DNA from: Camelus ferus
Taxonomy: Eukaryota
Direction of reading: 5' to 3'
DNA length: 64,000 nucleotides
NCBI RefSeq assembly: GCF_009834535.1
Contig: NC_045697.1
Location: forward strand, 116,624,001 to 116,688,000
The notes below the pieces were generated by a model. That model was given only the letters and a program-made list of their open reading frames with translations. It was not told the DNA's origin and made no database searches. Positions 49,605 to 62,054 of the stretch are shown here, piece after piece (position 1 is the first letter of the stretch; each line of letters begins with the position of its first letter). A program made the translations under genes and the position numbers.

Positions 49605-49735
49605 TAAGAGATTTGTAGATACACACTAATATTTATAAAGTAGACAAGGTCCTACTGTATAGCACAGGGAACTATATTCAATACCTTAGAGTAACTGAGA
49701 GTGGAAAAGAATCTGAAAATGAAAAAAAAAAAAGA
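49605..49735 (+). mobile_element. Short L1 3'UTR fragment with A tail
   Basis: caaggtcctactgtatagcacagggaactatattcaatacctt...ggaaaagaatctgaaaa and poly(A). Confidence 0.8.
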
Positions 49736-51418
49736 ATAAGTGCAATCCAGGAGCTTTTAAAAATGCTTGCTGTTACGTTGTTCATCTCTGGCTCCATTTC
49801 TAATTGACAGCTGCCAATCAGGCAACACTCTTGCGATACCCATCCTCTCTCAGCCACCCCCTAGGCAGTTTTAGCTGTGTCGATTTAGCATTAATTAAAC
49901 AACTCTGGAGTGAAACGACTTCTGGGGAATGGTATCAAGCAAAATGCACAAAGTGCGACAGAGCAACAAGTAGGGACAGGTATTTCAAAAGACACCGTGT
50001 ACAAATTCTAAACAATTTTGCCCTCGGTGGAAGTGATTAGAAGTTATTATGCCCTTTCAGCAGAAAATCAGCGATTAAATGGTAAACCAAGTCCTGTGTG
50101 GATTCATGTGTCACCTTTGAGGGGTATGACTGGGACGTAACAGAATTAAGTTATCCTCTGGAAAGCTGCCAGTGTGGAGAGGAGGAAGACAGGGTTAGCA
50201 AGCTTAGCGCCGTCTGTCTGTCTATCTGGTATCTAATCTACCTAGCTAGTCTGTTATCTATCTATATATCTGTCATTTATCATCTTACCCAGTAAATACC
50301 AGTTGATGGCATTTGTTAAGTGCAAATTCTGTCTAGAGCTTAGTATTATTAATCTTGCTGTCCTTGGTTCTCTCAAACTATTGTAAGTGAAGACATTCAA
50401 GTTTCAGGCTCATTCCAACCAGATTGAGCCCACCTAGTTCAAGACAGTGTAAGGGAGCAGTTCTCTGCAGCTGGTGGAGCCAGCGGGTGGGACCTGGAGA
50501 CTGGACGTGCAGTGTCGCGTTTGGACCACCTGGGCGCCCAGAACTCCCGTCTTCCCTCGCTTCTTCCCTGCCAACCCACGGCGCATGCTCACTCATCAGA
50601 ATGTCTGGCTGCAGAATTCCGGCTCGAGTTCCCGCCTCCTTGCTGCCGCAGGAGCCCTCCTCTAACCCCTGCTCACTTGCCCAGGATTTAGCTTGCTGTG
50701 CCTCCGTGGGGTCAACCGCACAGGAGATTCAGTGCTCTCGGCCCTACCCTGGGAATCCCGGTCTGCGCGATGCCTCTGCTCGGCTCACTGGGGGCTACCT
50801 GATTTACGCGAGGGCCATCTCCTATGTGCCGGAAGGAAGAATGAGTTGGAAAAGTAAAGGTGGCTTGACCCAGTAGCGCCAGTAGGAGATGGAGAGTTCC
50901 TGCCCCAGTTACGCCACTAATGAGGCGGATAACCTCCGAGCAGTCACTGAAAGGCTCTGGTCCTCCCTTGGAAATGGTAGCGGAGAGCCAGGGGTCATCA
51001 GTCGTTGGAGAGGGCAAGACATTAGGTTGATTAATTTAGGTAACGAAGTAGGTATAAACGTGGATGTTCATTTCTGAGCAACGAGTTGGTACAAATCAAA
51101 GAGATACTGACAAGGAGGATGAGTCTCCCGACCGTTGGGCGCAAAGATGAGCAGTGACAGCGGCTGCAGTCCGGACGCGAGGCTGTTGTGTGACAGATGG
51201 AAGTCGGCTAGTGTGGTCCAGCGTGTCTGCAGACGAGCCACTGCCAGAAAGAACACAGCCGTAGTCATGGCCAATTACGAACACACATTGGCTTTAGACA
51301 GGTGTGTCCAACAGACGGACAACACCAGGCACCTGTGCCGTTTTCCAGGAGCCATATTTAAAAAGGTGAAAAAAAAAAAACCAGGAGAAATTAATTTTAA
51401 TAATAACTTTATTAAGCA

Positions 51419-51612
51419 CCCAATTTATCCTTCCATGTCTCCTTCCCCCCGGGTAACAGTAAGTTCGTTTTCTATGTCTGTGAGTCTGTCTCTGTTTTGC
51501 AAATAAGTACGCTTGTGTCCATGTTCTTAGATTCCACATGTAAGTGATACCCTATGGTATTTTTCTTTCTCTTTCTGGCTTACTTCACTTAATATGATAT
51601 CTCCATGTTGCA
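51419..51612 (-). mobile_element. L1 3' fragment
   Basis: ORF 51527-51712 ends in [23 protein letters not shown] (ORF2 C-terminus). Confidence 0.85.
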
Positions 51613-51639
51613 AAGCAGAACTATTTTGCTGAGCCCTGC

Positions 51640-53085
51640 TAATGAGAGCTGCAGCCTGCCTTTCTGACCACCTGTGGGCATAACACACTAATCTCTTCTC
51701 CAAGGGAAACACCCCCGAAGTTACGTGCAGTCACAGTGCCAAGCGCACAGTTCAGGGTCTCTGGGTGACGCCCAGTAGGCGGTTCCGACCTGAGGTCTAG
51801 CGGTGGGTTCTCTGGACTAAACCTCTATGAACTCCGAAGACAAGCTGTCTGCCCCCGACACGTGGTAGTGGTCCGGGACAAGATAATGGCCATAAACACT
51901 CTCATTAGAAAGGGGATTGGTAGGGGAAACGCGGCAGACAGTCTGCAGGACTTCCGAAATTCTGCTGGGCAGACGAGTGAGGCTCCCCGCCCCAGGTGGG
52001 CGGGGATGCTCCTTAATTAGGCAGAGTCTGCACCCTGGGAGGGCCTTCCAGCCCCTTGTCTGGTCTGCACTAATGGAGGGTCCTTCTTCCTCATTATCGG
52101 AATTCTCCGCATCTAAAGTGGATGTTGGAGAGTGTGCCCTCCAGTGTCCTGGGGCTGAGCAGAGGCCACAGCCTCCTCTTTGCCTTCAGTTGGTTGAGTA
52201 CCGCCAAGGTTGCTTTATAAGCGAAAAAATCGCTGTCTTTTTTTTTTTTTTTTTTTTAATTAAGCTCAGGCTAGTGGTCCTTGTAGCAGTACGACTCAAC
52301 TCTTTTAAGAACTTTGCTCTGTTCTTATTTATTTGGTTCCAATTAGTTTCAGTTAGTTTCTTGTGTCAATAGGCACCTCTATAGTTCTTTTCTTAAAAAA
52401 GTTTTGTGAACTTAATTCCCAGGTTGGCTGCGCTGCTTTTCTTGCCCCCGCCGCCCCCCTTTCTCTCTTTCTCTCTAATGATTTATTGCAGGTGACCTGA
52501 GTCTGTGAAGTTTTGCTGACAACCACTTCCTTCGTCTTTTCCCTTGGTCCAAGTGAGAGGATTTACAGAACCACACTCTTAAGTTTCGCTTTTACTCTCA
52601 GATATTTCAGTGCCTTCAAAGATTTTTAGCAATGATTGTAATGGCCATCACCCTAATTTAATCCTTACTGCAAGGCTGATTTTGATTGACCTTTGTTGCT
52701 AAGGGAATTTTTCAGTCTTATCTTGCACTGGTTGTGGTTGAGAAGCACACAGTCCTAATTCTTCAAGTTCTGAGTTTCTGGACTCTAGTTCCCTTCATCT
52801 ATTTTTTTTTTTTTTACAGACTGGCAGCACCCGATACATCCTCCTCTGTTTCTGGGATCTCTTGTCCCAGGATTATACGCTCATTAGGTGTACGATCTGA
52901 TTGCCAGGTTGTCACTGGTCACAGTGTTGCCAGATCATTTGCCACTTCTTAACATGGATAACTGTCCTCAGCTTCTGACAATTTCCTTCCTGTCTGCCAC
53001 CTGGCTTTTAAGCCAAATACCGGCTATTTTCTGTTTGTGGTTATGACAGCGCTCCGTATCTAGCCACCAATTTCTGAATCAGCCA
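51640..53085. mobile_element. MaLR (MLT1-int-like) internal sequence
   Basis: ataatggccataaacactctcattagaaagggga...ctgctgggcag and terminal caccaatttctgaatcagccag resemble recalled MaLR internal and PBS-LTR junction motifs. Confidence 0.55.
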
Positions 53086-53193
53086 GTACCTACTAGGTTG
53101 TACTGCAGTAAAAAGCTGGCCCCACAGAAGTTTAATTCTTATATTGGGGTCCCTCAGGGACCCAAACGGATAAGATTCTATCTCTTTTCTGCA

Positions 53194-53350
53194 TTTTTTT
53201 TTTAATTTACAATGTTGTATTAGTTGCTGGCGTACAGCGTAGTGATTCAATTATACATATATACATATATTATTTTTCATATTCTTTTTCATTACAGGTT
53301 GCTACAAGCCATGGAATATAGTTCTCTGTGCTGTACCTTGTTGTTTATGA
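53194..53350 (-). mobile_element. L1 3'UTR fragment
   Basis: T-run, tttacaatgttgtattagtt...ttttcatattctttttcattacaggtt. Confidence 0.8.
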
Positions 53351-53596
53351 TAAGATCCTATCTTGATACACATTTCCTTGGTCCTTGGTTGTGGTGGGGA
53401 AAAAGGAAAGGAGAAAACCACATGCCAGTCCTAAGCCACAACAGACAACAGAATACAGTGAAGCTTTTTGACTGAATGACTAAACTGCCAACTTTTCAGT
53501 CTGGGACTGAGGAATTGCCATTGCTCTCCACCCCTTATCAGCTCAGTCACGCCCACAGTTAGCATCTCTCACTTCTGACAAGCCAGTCCCCGTTTT

Positions 53597-53830
53597 TGTA
53601 TTAGTCAGGACTCCCTGGGTGCAAGAGACTTAAACCCAGCTCAGCCGAGGGCATCGGTCTCTCTGCATCTGTCTCTGTTTCTGTTCTGTACTCCTTTACT
53701 CCCTCTGTCTCTCTTGCTCTCTTTGTTTTTTTGTCTCTGTTTCTCTCTGCTTTATTACTTTAGATGGGCTTTCTCCATGTGGTTGAGATGATGTCTTTTG
53801 GGAACTGCTGATTCTCACCTTTTCAGATCC
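53597..53830. mobile_element. MLT1-type LTR fragment
   Basis: tgtattagtcaggactccctgggtgcaagagacttaaacccagctcagc terminus. Confidence 0.55.
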
Positions 53831-54458
53831 GTAGTCCGTGATCCCCAAGGGAAGGCTAGATCGCCTGCTCTGTTTAGAGAGCTACTGGGGCAGGCCTTTT
53901 ACGGTGGCTTTTCAAGTTGGCAGTTTGGGAAACAAACCGGTCATGATGCAAGAGGATTGCAGGGGGAAAGGATGTGTGTTTCATTTTCAGAAAAATGGAT
54001 TTTTGCAAGTGATTAACAGTTGTCACTGGGCTTTGTACCAGGTGTCAAACAGAAGTCCAAGGGGTCGACAGAAAGATCAATCTCTGACCTGAAATAAAAC
54101 TATTCTATCTTTTTAAATTGTGTACTTTGGGAAAACCTGTCTTAGGAATCTGTGAAGGAATTTTTGGAATGTTAAATGTTCTCTTCAATCTGCTGGACAG
54201 GGAGCAATGGGAGAAAAGACATTAAGTATACAAAAGACTAATTTTACGTTGCCTTATTTTTTCTGGGAACAAGAAAATCTTGTATTTGAGATGGAATATT
54301 TGAGGCCCAGTGATTTCAGAACGTCCTGCTATGAAGACCTGAAGCCAGGCTCTGTTGTTGGAAACAAACCTGACCCTGTTGTATCTTTAATTCCAAGCTA
54401 AACACCTGTTTGTTCTTAGATCACAGAGAATCTTGAATACAGTGAAGCAAATGCCTTT

Positions 54459-56556
54459 TTTTAATTGAATTGCAGTCAGTTTGCAATGTTGTGTCAATTT
54501 CCAGTGTAGAGCACAATTTTTCAGTCATACATGAACATACATATATTCACTGTCACATTCTTTTTCACCGTGAGCTACCACAAGATCTTGTATATATTTC
54601 CCTGTGCTACACAGTATAATCTTGTTTATCTATTATATATACACCTGTCAGTATCTACAAATTTTGAACTCCCAGTCTGTCCCTTCCCACCCCCCACCCC
54701 CTTGGCAACCACAAGTTTGTATTCTATGTCTGTGAGTCTGTTTCTGTTTTGTAGTTATGTTCTTTTTTTTTTTTCTTTTTAGATTTCACATATGAGCGAT
54801 CTCATATGGTATTTTTCTTTCTCTTTCTGGCTTACTTCACTTAGAATGACATTCTCCAGGGACATCCATGTTGCTGCAAATGGCATTATTGTTGTCTTTT
54901 TTATGGCTGAATAGTATTCCATTGTATAAATATACCACTTCTTCTTTAAACAGTCATCTGTTGATGGACATTTAGGCTGTTTCCATGTCTTGGATATTGT
55001 AAATAGTGCTGCTATGAACATTGGGGTGCAGGTGTCTTTTTGAAGTAGGGTTCCTTCTGGATATATACCCAGGAGCAGGATTCCTGGGTCATATGGTAAG
55101 TCTATTCCTAGTCTTTTGAAGAATCTCCATACTGTTTTCCACAGTGGCTGCACCAAACTGCATTCCCACCAACAGTATAGGAGGGTTCCCTTTCCTCCAC
55201 AGCCTCTCCAATATTTTCCATTTGTGGACTTTTGAATGATGGCCATTCTGACTGGTGTGAGGTGATACCTCATTGTAGTTTTGATTTGCATTTCTCTGAT
55301 AATTAGTGATATTGAGCATTTTTTCATGTGCCTATTGATCATTTGTATTTCTTCCTTGGAGAATTGTCTGCCCATTTTTGGATTGGGTTGTTTAGAAGAG
55401 GTAAAATTGTCACTATATGCAGATGGCATGATACTATATATAGAAAACCCTAAAATGTCCACACAAAAACTACTAGAAATAATCAAAAAATTCAGCAAGG
55501 TAGCAGGTTACAAGATTAACGCACAAAAATCAGTTGCATTTCTTTACACTAACGATGAATCAACAGGAAAAGAAAGTAAAGAAACAATCTCCTTTAAAAT
55601 AGCACCCAAAGTAATAAAATACTTCAGAATAAATCTAACCAAGGAGGTGAAAGACTTATACATGGAAAACTATAAAACATTGATTAAGGAAATTAAAGAA
55701 GACTTTAAAAAATGGAAAGATATCCCATGCTCTTGGATTGGAAGAATCAATACTGTTAAAATGGTCATGCTGCCCAAGGCAATCTACAGATTTAATACAA
55801 TCCTTGTCAAATTACCCAGGACACATTTCACAAAACTAGAACAAATCACAATGAAATTAATATGGAATCACAAAAGACCTAGAATTGCCAAAGCATTACT
55901 GAAGAAAAAGAAAGAGGCTGGAAGAATAACCCTCCCAGACTTCAGACAATACTACAGAGCTACAGTAATCAAAACAGCATAGTATTGGTACAAAAAGAGA
56001 CATATGGACCAATGGAACAGAACAGAGAGCCCAGAAATGAACCCATAAACTTTTGGTCAAATACTCTTCGACAAAGGAGGCAAGAACATACAGTGGAATA
56101 AAGACAGTCTCTTCAGCAAATGGTGTTGGGAAAACTAGACAGCAGCATGTAAATCAATGAAGCTGGAACACTCCCTTACACCATATACAAAAATAAACTC
56201 AAAATGGATCAAAGACTTAAACATAAGACAAGATACAATAAACCTCCTAGAAGAAAATATAGGCAAAACATTGTCTCAAATACATCTCAAAAATGTTCTC
56301 CTTGGCAGTCTACCCAAGCAATAGAAATAAAAGCAAGAATAAACTTTAAAATGAAAAAAAAATAAATAAATGAATAAAAGCAGGAATAAACAAATGGGAC
56401 CTAATTAAACTTACAAGCTTTTGCACAGCAAGGGAAACCATAAGTAAAACAAAACAACAACCTACAGAATGGGAGAAAATTTTTGCAAAAGATGAAACTG
56501 ACAAAGGCTTGATCTCCAGAATATATAAGCAACTCATACAACTTAATAAGAAAAAG
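54459..56556 (-). mobile_element. Relatively young L1 with 5' inversion (twin priming)
   Basis: 3' part on - (54459-~55392) and ORF2 RT-region part on + (~55393-56556). Perfect 13-bp TSD agcaaatgccttt at 54446-54458 and 56557-56569. RT motif reads YADG. Confidence 0.95.
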
Positions 56557-56972
56557 AGCAAATGCCTTTGTGACGGTGTATTGTAGAAAGACTTTAATCA
56601 TCAAAGGAGTAAGGAATGTTGCCAAATATCATTCTACATCCTGCTGAAATATTTACCAAACGAATTTACATACTAGTTTACTTCATTCAAATACACTACA
56701 TAGTTCTTAAGGAATCTCCAAGTTAACATATGGCTTCTCCCACTGAACTATGAAAAGTGATTTCTACTGTATAAATAGACTGCGGTGTCCAGCTAAACAG
56801 GTTTTCTTTGTTTAGAAGCAAATGATACCAGCAAGAGTTACTGCATGTCTAGTGTATAAGGTGGTTTGTCCTTGTTGAGTTCTGAACTTAAAATACCCAC
56901 CTAGGCTATTTAAAAGAGGTCTCAGAATTTTACACTTAAATTGTGTGACTTGGGATTTAAGTTGAAATTATC

Positions 56973-57113
56973 CGTTTGGTTTGTTTTGGGGTTTTTTTGG
57001 GGGGGGGTAATTAGATTTATTTATTTTTTAATGGAGGTACTGGGGATTGAACCCAGGACATCGTGCATGCTAAGCACACACTCTACCACTGAGCTGATCT
57101 ACAACCTGATCCC
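56973..57113 (-). mobile_element. tRNA-Ala-derived SINE
   Basis: tggaggtactggggattgaacccaggacatcgtgcatgctaagcacacactctaccactgagct, with TSD tttaagttgaaattatc/tttaagctgaaactgtc. Confidence 0.9.
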
Positions 57114-57146
57114 TTTAAGCTGAAACTGTCTGATTTGAAAAGCTCT

Positions 57147-57522
57147 AAATGAACAGACAGAGAAAGACAAATACTGTGTGATATCAGTTATATGTAGAAT
57201 CTAAAAAAGCCAAACCTGTAGAAACAGAGAATAGAATGGCAGTCCCCAGGGGCTGGGGGGTGGGGAGGTGATGTTTAAGGATGCCAGCTTGTAACTAGGA
57301 GATGACTAAGTTTTGGAGCTCTAGTAATCCACAGCGTGGTGATTACTGTCATTTATTACTGTAATAGATGCTTCAACATGGCTGAGAGACTAGATCTTAA
57401 TGTTCTCACCATAAGAAAAGAACTGGTAAGTATGTGACACGATAGAGGTGTAGCTAAAGCTACAGTGGTCATCATATTGCAATATGTAAATGTGTCAGAT
57501 CAAGAGTTGTTCCCCTTGCACT
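57147..57522 (+). mobile_element. Older L1 3' end
   Basis: cagacagagaaagacaaatactgtgtgatatcagttatatgtagaatctaaaaaagcc...tagatcttaatgttctcacca. Confidence 0.8.
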
Positions 57523-57882
57523 GCTGCAAACTCTCCTTTTCTTTCGAGTCATTTCTTATTTGTCAGCCAGTCAAAGGTAGAGAGTATCAAGAAGTGAAAT
57601 AAAAACAGTTCAGTTAGTTTTGTGCAGTGTTTGTACTGGTTTGATAAGTATTCATGTGTAAGCTGCAAAATACAAATCATATAATTTTGATAATTTTGCA
57701 CGCAAGGTAAATGCTCTTGTATTTGTGAAAGCAGCATTACACAATATAGAGATGGACAGCAAAATGTATGCTCATAATTTAAAAAATTTTTTTTGACTTA
57801 GAGCAACATTAAGTAGCAAATAAAAAACATTGGGGGTGGGGAGAGAGAGAGAAAGGGAAAGCCTTTATATCTTTTGTAGCTT

Positions 57883-58337
57883 AAAATATATTTTTTATGA
57901 CATCTAGTTGATTTACAATGTTGTGTTAGTTTCTGGTGTACAGATTCAGTTATACACGTATATATTCTTTTTCATATTCTTTTCCACTATTGGTTACTAC
58001 AAGATATTGAATATAGTTCCCTGTGCTGTACAGTAGGTCCTTGTTGTTTATCTATTTTATATACAGTAGTATTTATCTATTAAGCCCAAACTCCTAGTTT
58101 ATCCCTCCCCTTTCCCCTTTGGTAACCATAAGTTTGTTTTCTATGTCTGTGAGTCTGTTTCTATTCTACACATAAGTTTATTTGTATCATTTTTTAGATT
58201 CCACATATAAGTGATATCATATGGTATATTTGTCTTTCTCTGTCTGACTTACTTCACTTAGTATGATCATCTCTGGGTCCATCCATGTTGCTGCAAATGG
58301 TATTATTTAATTATTTTTTATGGCTGAGTAGTATTCC

Positions 58338-58398
<61 letters not shown>

Positions 58399-58845
58399 CT
58401 TCTTTATCCAGTCATCTGTTGATGGACATTTAAGTTGCTTCCATGCCTTGGCTATTATAAATAGTGCTGCTGTGAACACAGGGATGCATGCGCCTTTTCA
58501 AGTTAGAGTTTTCCCTGGATATATGCCCAAGAGTGAGATTGCTAGGTCATATGGTAAGTCTCTCTTCTAAGTTTTTTAAGAAATCTCCATACTATTCTCC
58601 ATAGTGACGGCACCAATTTGCATTCCTACCAACAGTGTAGGAGGGTTCCCTTTTCTCCACACACTCTCCAGCATTTTCATTTGTAGACTTTTTGATTATG
58701 GCCATTCAGACTGGTGTGAGGTGGTACCTTGTTGTAGTTTTGATTTGCATTTCTCTAGTAATTAGTGATAATGAGCTTTTTTTCATGTGCCTCTTGGCCA
58801 TCTGTATCTCTTCTTTGGAGAAATGTCTATTTAGGTCTTCTGCCC
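57883..58845 (-). mobile_element. 5'-truncated L1
   Basis: 3'UTR plus ORF2 end ([22 protein letters not shown]), flanked by ttttgtagctt/ttttgtacctt. Confidence 0.92.
58341..58397. repeat. (CA)n microsatellite
   Basis: About 28 perfect AC units inside the L1. Confidence 0.97.
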
Positions 58846-60180
58846 TATGTTTTTGTACCTTTAATGACACCTTTTTCCCCCTGCTTTTTGAAAAAGGAGT
58901 CCTGACATTTTGGTTTGCACTGGGACTTGCAAATTCCGTAGCTGACCCTGTGTTTGTACCAACATCAAACTCTGCACAGGTGTCAATTTCCTTTTTCCTT
59001 TCTTGGCTGTTTGGGGTTCGTACAGGAACGAGGACCCGGCAGCCACTTTGAAAATATGGGTGTCCCCCTAAGGACTCATTCAAGATGAATCTTTAAGAAA
59101 TGCATCACTTTACAAGCTCTTTCAATGTCAGATTGATGTATTTGTTACATCTGCATCTCAGAAGATGAACTTAATACTTTAAAATCTTGACTCAAGTGCT
59201 ATTCTGAATACCTGGGAGCAGAAGTGTGACATACTTTGCCGAAGATGGGAATTCTTGTCTCATAGTTTATTCATAGCAAGTATCAAGCCTGGCTTAATTA
59301 TTAAAAATTAGGAAATATGTCTGTATTCAATAATGTAATTTTATACAATTCTGAGAAATAATATATTTTATTGCAGAGTGAGCAGCATCACGTTAGCATT
59401 GCTGAAGCAACTTCACATTGTGTAATGATTTTAATGCTGTTGTAACTCAAATTGGCAGGTAAAGCAGACTTCATTTCCCTCCGTAAACATTTATAGTCCA
59501 ACTGCCTTAGGACATTATGTCTTGCAGTATCTGGCTCATAATAAAGACTTGAAATTGCCCATTTTGTTTGGCTTATAGCATTTTTTGATAACTGCTGTGT
59601 CTATTCTTACCTAGCATTAAAGATTGTAGAATAAATGGGTGAATATCACATAAATAATAATTATTTTTATTAACAAAAAAGAAAACTGACTAATGGGTAG
59701 AAAATTCAGTGACTAATCCTTTAGGTAATTTATGGTTCAGTTATCTGCTTTGTTTTCCTCCTCTTCCCCTGTCTTCTACGATGACCCTCTGTCTGTTTTT
59801 ATTTGCAACATTAGGAAATAAATGGAGAGATATTTGTACTCTTGTTTGGTTAGCCATTCAATCAAAAACGTTTATAGACCAACTGAATCTAATCTGTTTT
59901 TGGAACAGGAAAGCTAGACACTATGTTTTAAAAATTGCAGATGGTCCCTAGTACCCATCAGTTGAATAATCACTCAGTAATTATATTGCTTTCCTTACAT
60001 CCCAGGCACTGGGAACTCGGGGTTCCTGCCCACAGGGAACTAACTCTCTTTTAGTAGCAGAGACATACAACACACATGCATGTGTTCTTGAGCTCAGCAG
60101 TCAAAGAGGGCGGTGCTAAGAATGGACATTAGAGCCATATCCTGAACGAGGGGATGGGGCATTCTCCCACTGGCGATGCA

Positions 60181-61002
60181 TCCTTCTCTTTTCCAACACT
60201 TGTTGTCTCTTTTCTTTTTGATAGCCGCTATTCTAACACATGTGAAGGTATCTCATTGTGGTTTTTATTTACATTTCCCTAATGATCAGTGATGTTAAGC
60301 ACCTTTTCATGTACCTGTTGGCCATGTGTATGTCTTTGGAAAAATATCTGTAAAGATCCTGTGCCCATTTTTTAACTGAATTGTTTGTTTCTTGCTATTG
60401 AGTGGTATGAGTTCTTTATATATTTTGGATATTAACCCCTTATCAGATATATGATTTGCAAATATTTTCTCCAGTTGGGTAGGTCACCTTCTCCTTTGCT
60501 GATGGTTTCTTTTGCTATGTTGAAGCATTTTAGTTTGATGTAATCTCACATGTTTATTTTTACTTTTGTTGCCTTTGCTTTTGGTGTCATATCCAAAAAA
60601 TTGACAAGATTTATGTCAAGGAGCTTACTGCTTAGGTTTTCTTTTAGGAGTTTCATGGTTTCAGGTTTTATGTTCAAGTCTTTAATCCATTTTGACCAAA
60701 TTTTTGTGTATGGTGTAAGATAGTGGTCCATTTTCATTCTTTTGCATGTGGCTGTCTAGTCTTCTTAACACCTGTTAATTTCTCTAATGATTAGTGATAT
60801 TGAGCATCTTTTCATGTGCCTGTTGGGCAACTGGATGCCTTCTTTGGAGAAATGTCTATTTAGGTCTTCTACCCATTTTTTGATTGGGTTGTTTGTTTGT
60901 TCATTTTTTCTGATGTTGAGTTGTATGAGCTATTTTTATATCTTGTATATCAGACCCTTGTCAGTCACATTGCTTGAAAATGTTGATGCAAATGTTTTCT
61001 CT
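60181..61002 (-). mobile_element. Two abutting older L1 ORF2 fragments
   Basis: ORF 60546-60737 is L1 ORF2-like. From ~60778 the same ORF2 interval as ~60273-60470 is repeated by a second, different copy. Confidence 0.85.
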
Positions 61003-61139
61003 CAGGGAATTCCTTTTTCATGAGAACTGACTGGACTCCTGTGCTCCTCAGCAATCTCAAGTCAGCAAACTCATTCACTTTCTGAATAACTGTAATCTCA
61101 CTCCCACACTGTTAATATTCAAGAAAGAGATTAAAAGGC

Positions 61140-62054
61140 ATAGCAAAAGACAAGAGATAATGTGTTGGCAAGGAGGTAGAAAAAAGGGAATCGTCCTACA
61201 CTGTTGGTGGAAATGTAAATTGGTGCAGCCACTATGGAAAACAGTATGGAGATTCCTTAAAAAGTTGAAATATGATACAGGAATTGCACATCTGGACATT
61301 TATCTGAAGGAAAAAAAACACTAACTTGAAAAGATATATGCACCCCCATGCTCTTTGCAGAATTATTTACAATAGTCAAGATATGGAAGCGACCTAAGTG
61401 TCCATCCATGAGTGAATGGATAAAGAAAACATTATATATATACACACACACACATACACACACATACATGATATATATAAAACATGATATATACAATGGG
61501 ATACTACTCAGCCATAAAAAGAAGGAAATCTTGCCATTTGTAGCAACATAGATGAGCCTTGAGGACATTATCCTAAGTGAAGTAAGTCGGACAGAGAAAG
61601 ACATATATTGTATAATTTCATTTGTATGTGGAATCTAAAACAAAAACAAAAACAAATCCCCCTTCCCAAATCTGCCAAGAAACTGAGGTCATAGATAGAG
61701 AGCAGATGGGTGGTTGCCAAAAATGAGGGTGAAGGGTGGAGGGTTGATGAAATTGCTGGTGGTGAGGAAGTCAAAAGGTACAGAATTCCAGTTGTGAAAT
61801 AAATGTCATGTGGATGTAATATACATCATGGTGACTAAGGCAAATAATATTGTGTTGAGTATCTGAAAGTTGCTAAGGGAGTAAATCTTATGAGTTCTCA
61901 TCACAAGGAAACAATTTTGTATCTACGTATGGTGTTGATTGTTAAGTAGACTTCTTGTGATCATTTTGCAATACATACAACTATCAAGGTCTTATGTTGT
62001 ATACCTGAAACTGTTATATGATGTTACATGTCAATCATACCTCAATTAAAAAAT
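61140..62054 (+). mobile_element. Older L1 ORF2 end and 3'UTR
   Basis: cactgttggtggaaatgtaaattggtgcagccactatggaaaacagtatggag ... tcaatcatacctcaattaaaaaa. Confidence 0.9.

Larger units (their letters stand above)
57550..58950 (+). mobile_element. MER45-family (hAT-Tip100) element interrupted by an L1
   Basis: Right end tttgcactgggacttgcaaattccgtagctgaccctg matches the recalled MER45 terminus. The left AT-rich part (57550-57882) is assigned less securely. Confidence 0.6.

Noticed and set aside
50378..52372. Cluster of 60-150 aa ORFs upstream of RXFP1 as a gene or processed pseudogene
   Set aside because: No recognisable protein similarity, overlapping on both strands, and expected from GC-rich, repeat-derived sequence.
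54779..55982. The two longest ORFs (239 aa on -, 233 aa on +) as genes
   Set aside because: They are chimeric L1 ORF2 readings across the inversion junction, with a dead RT motif.
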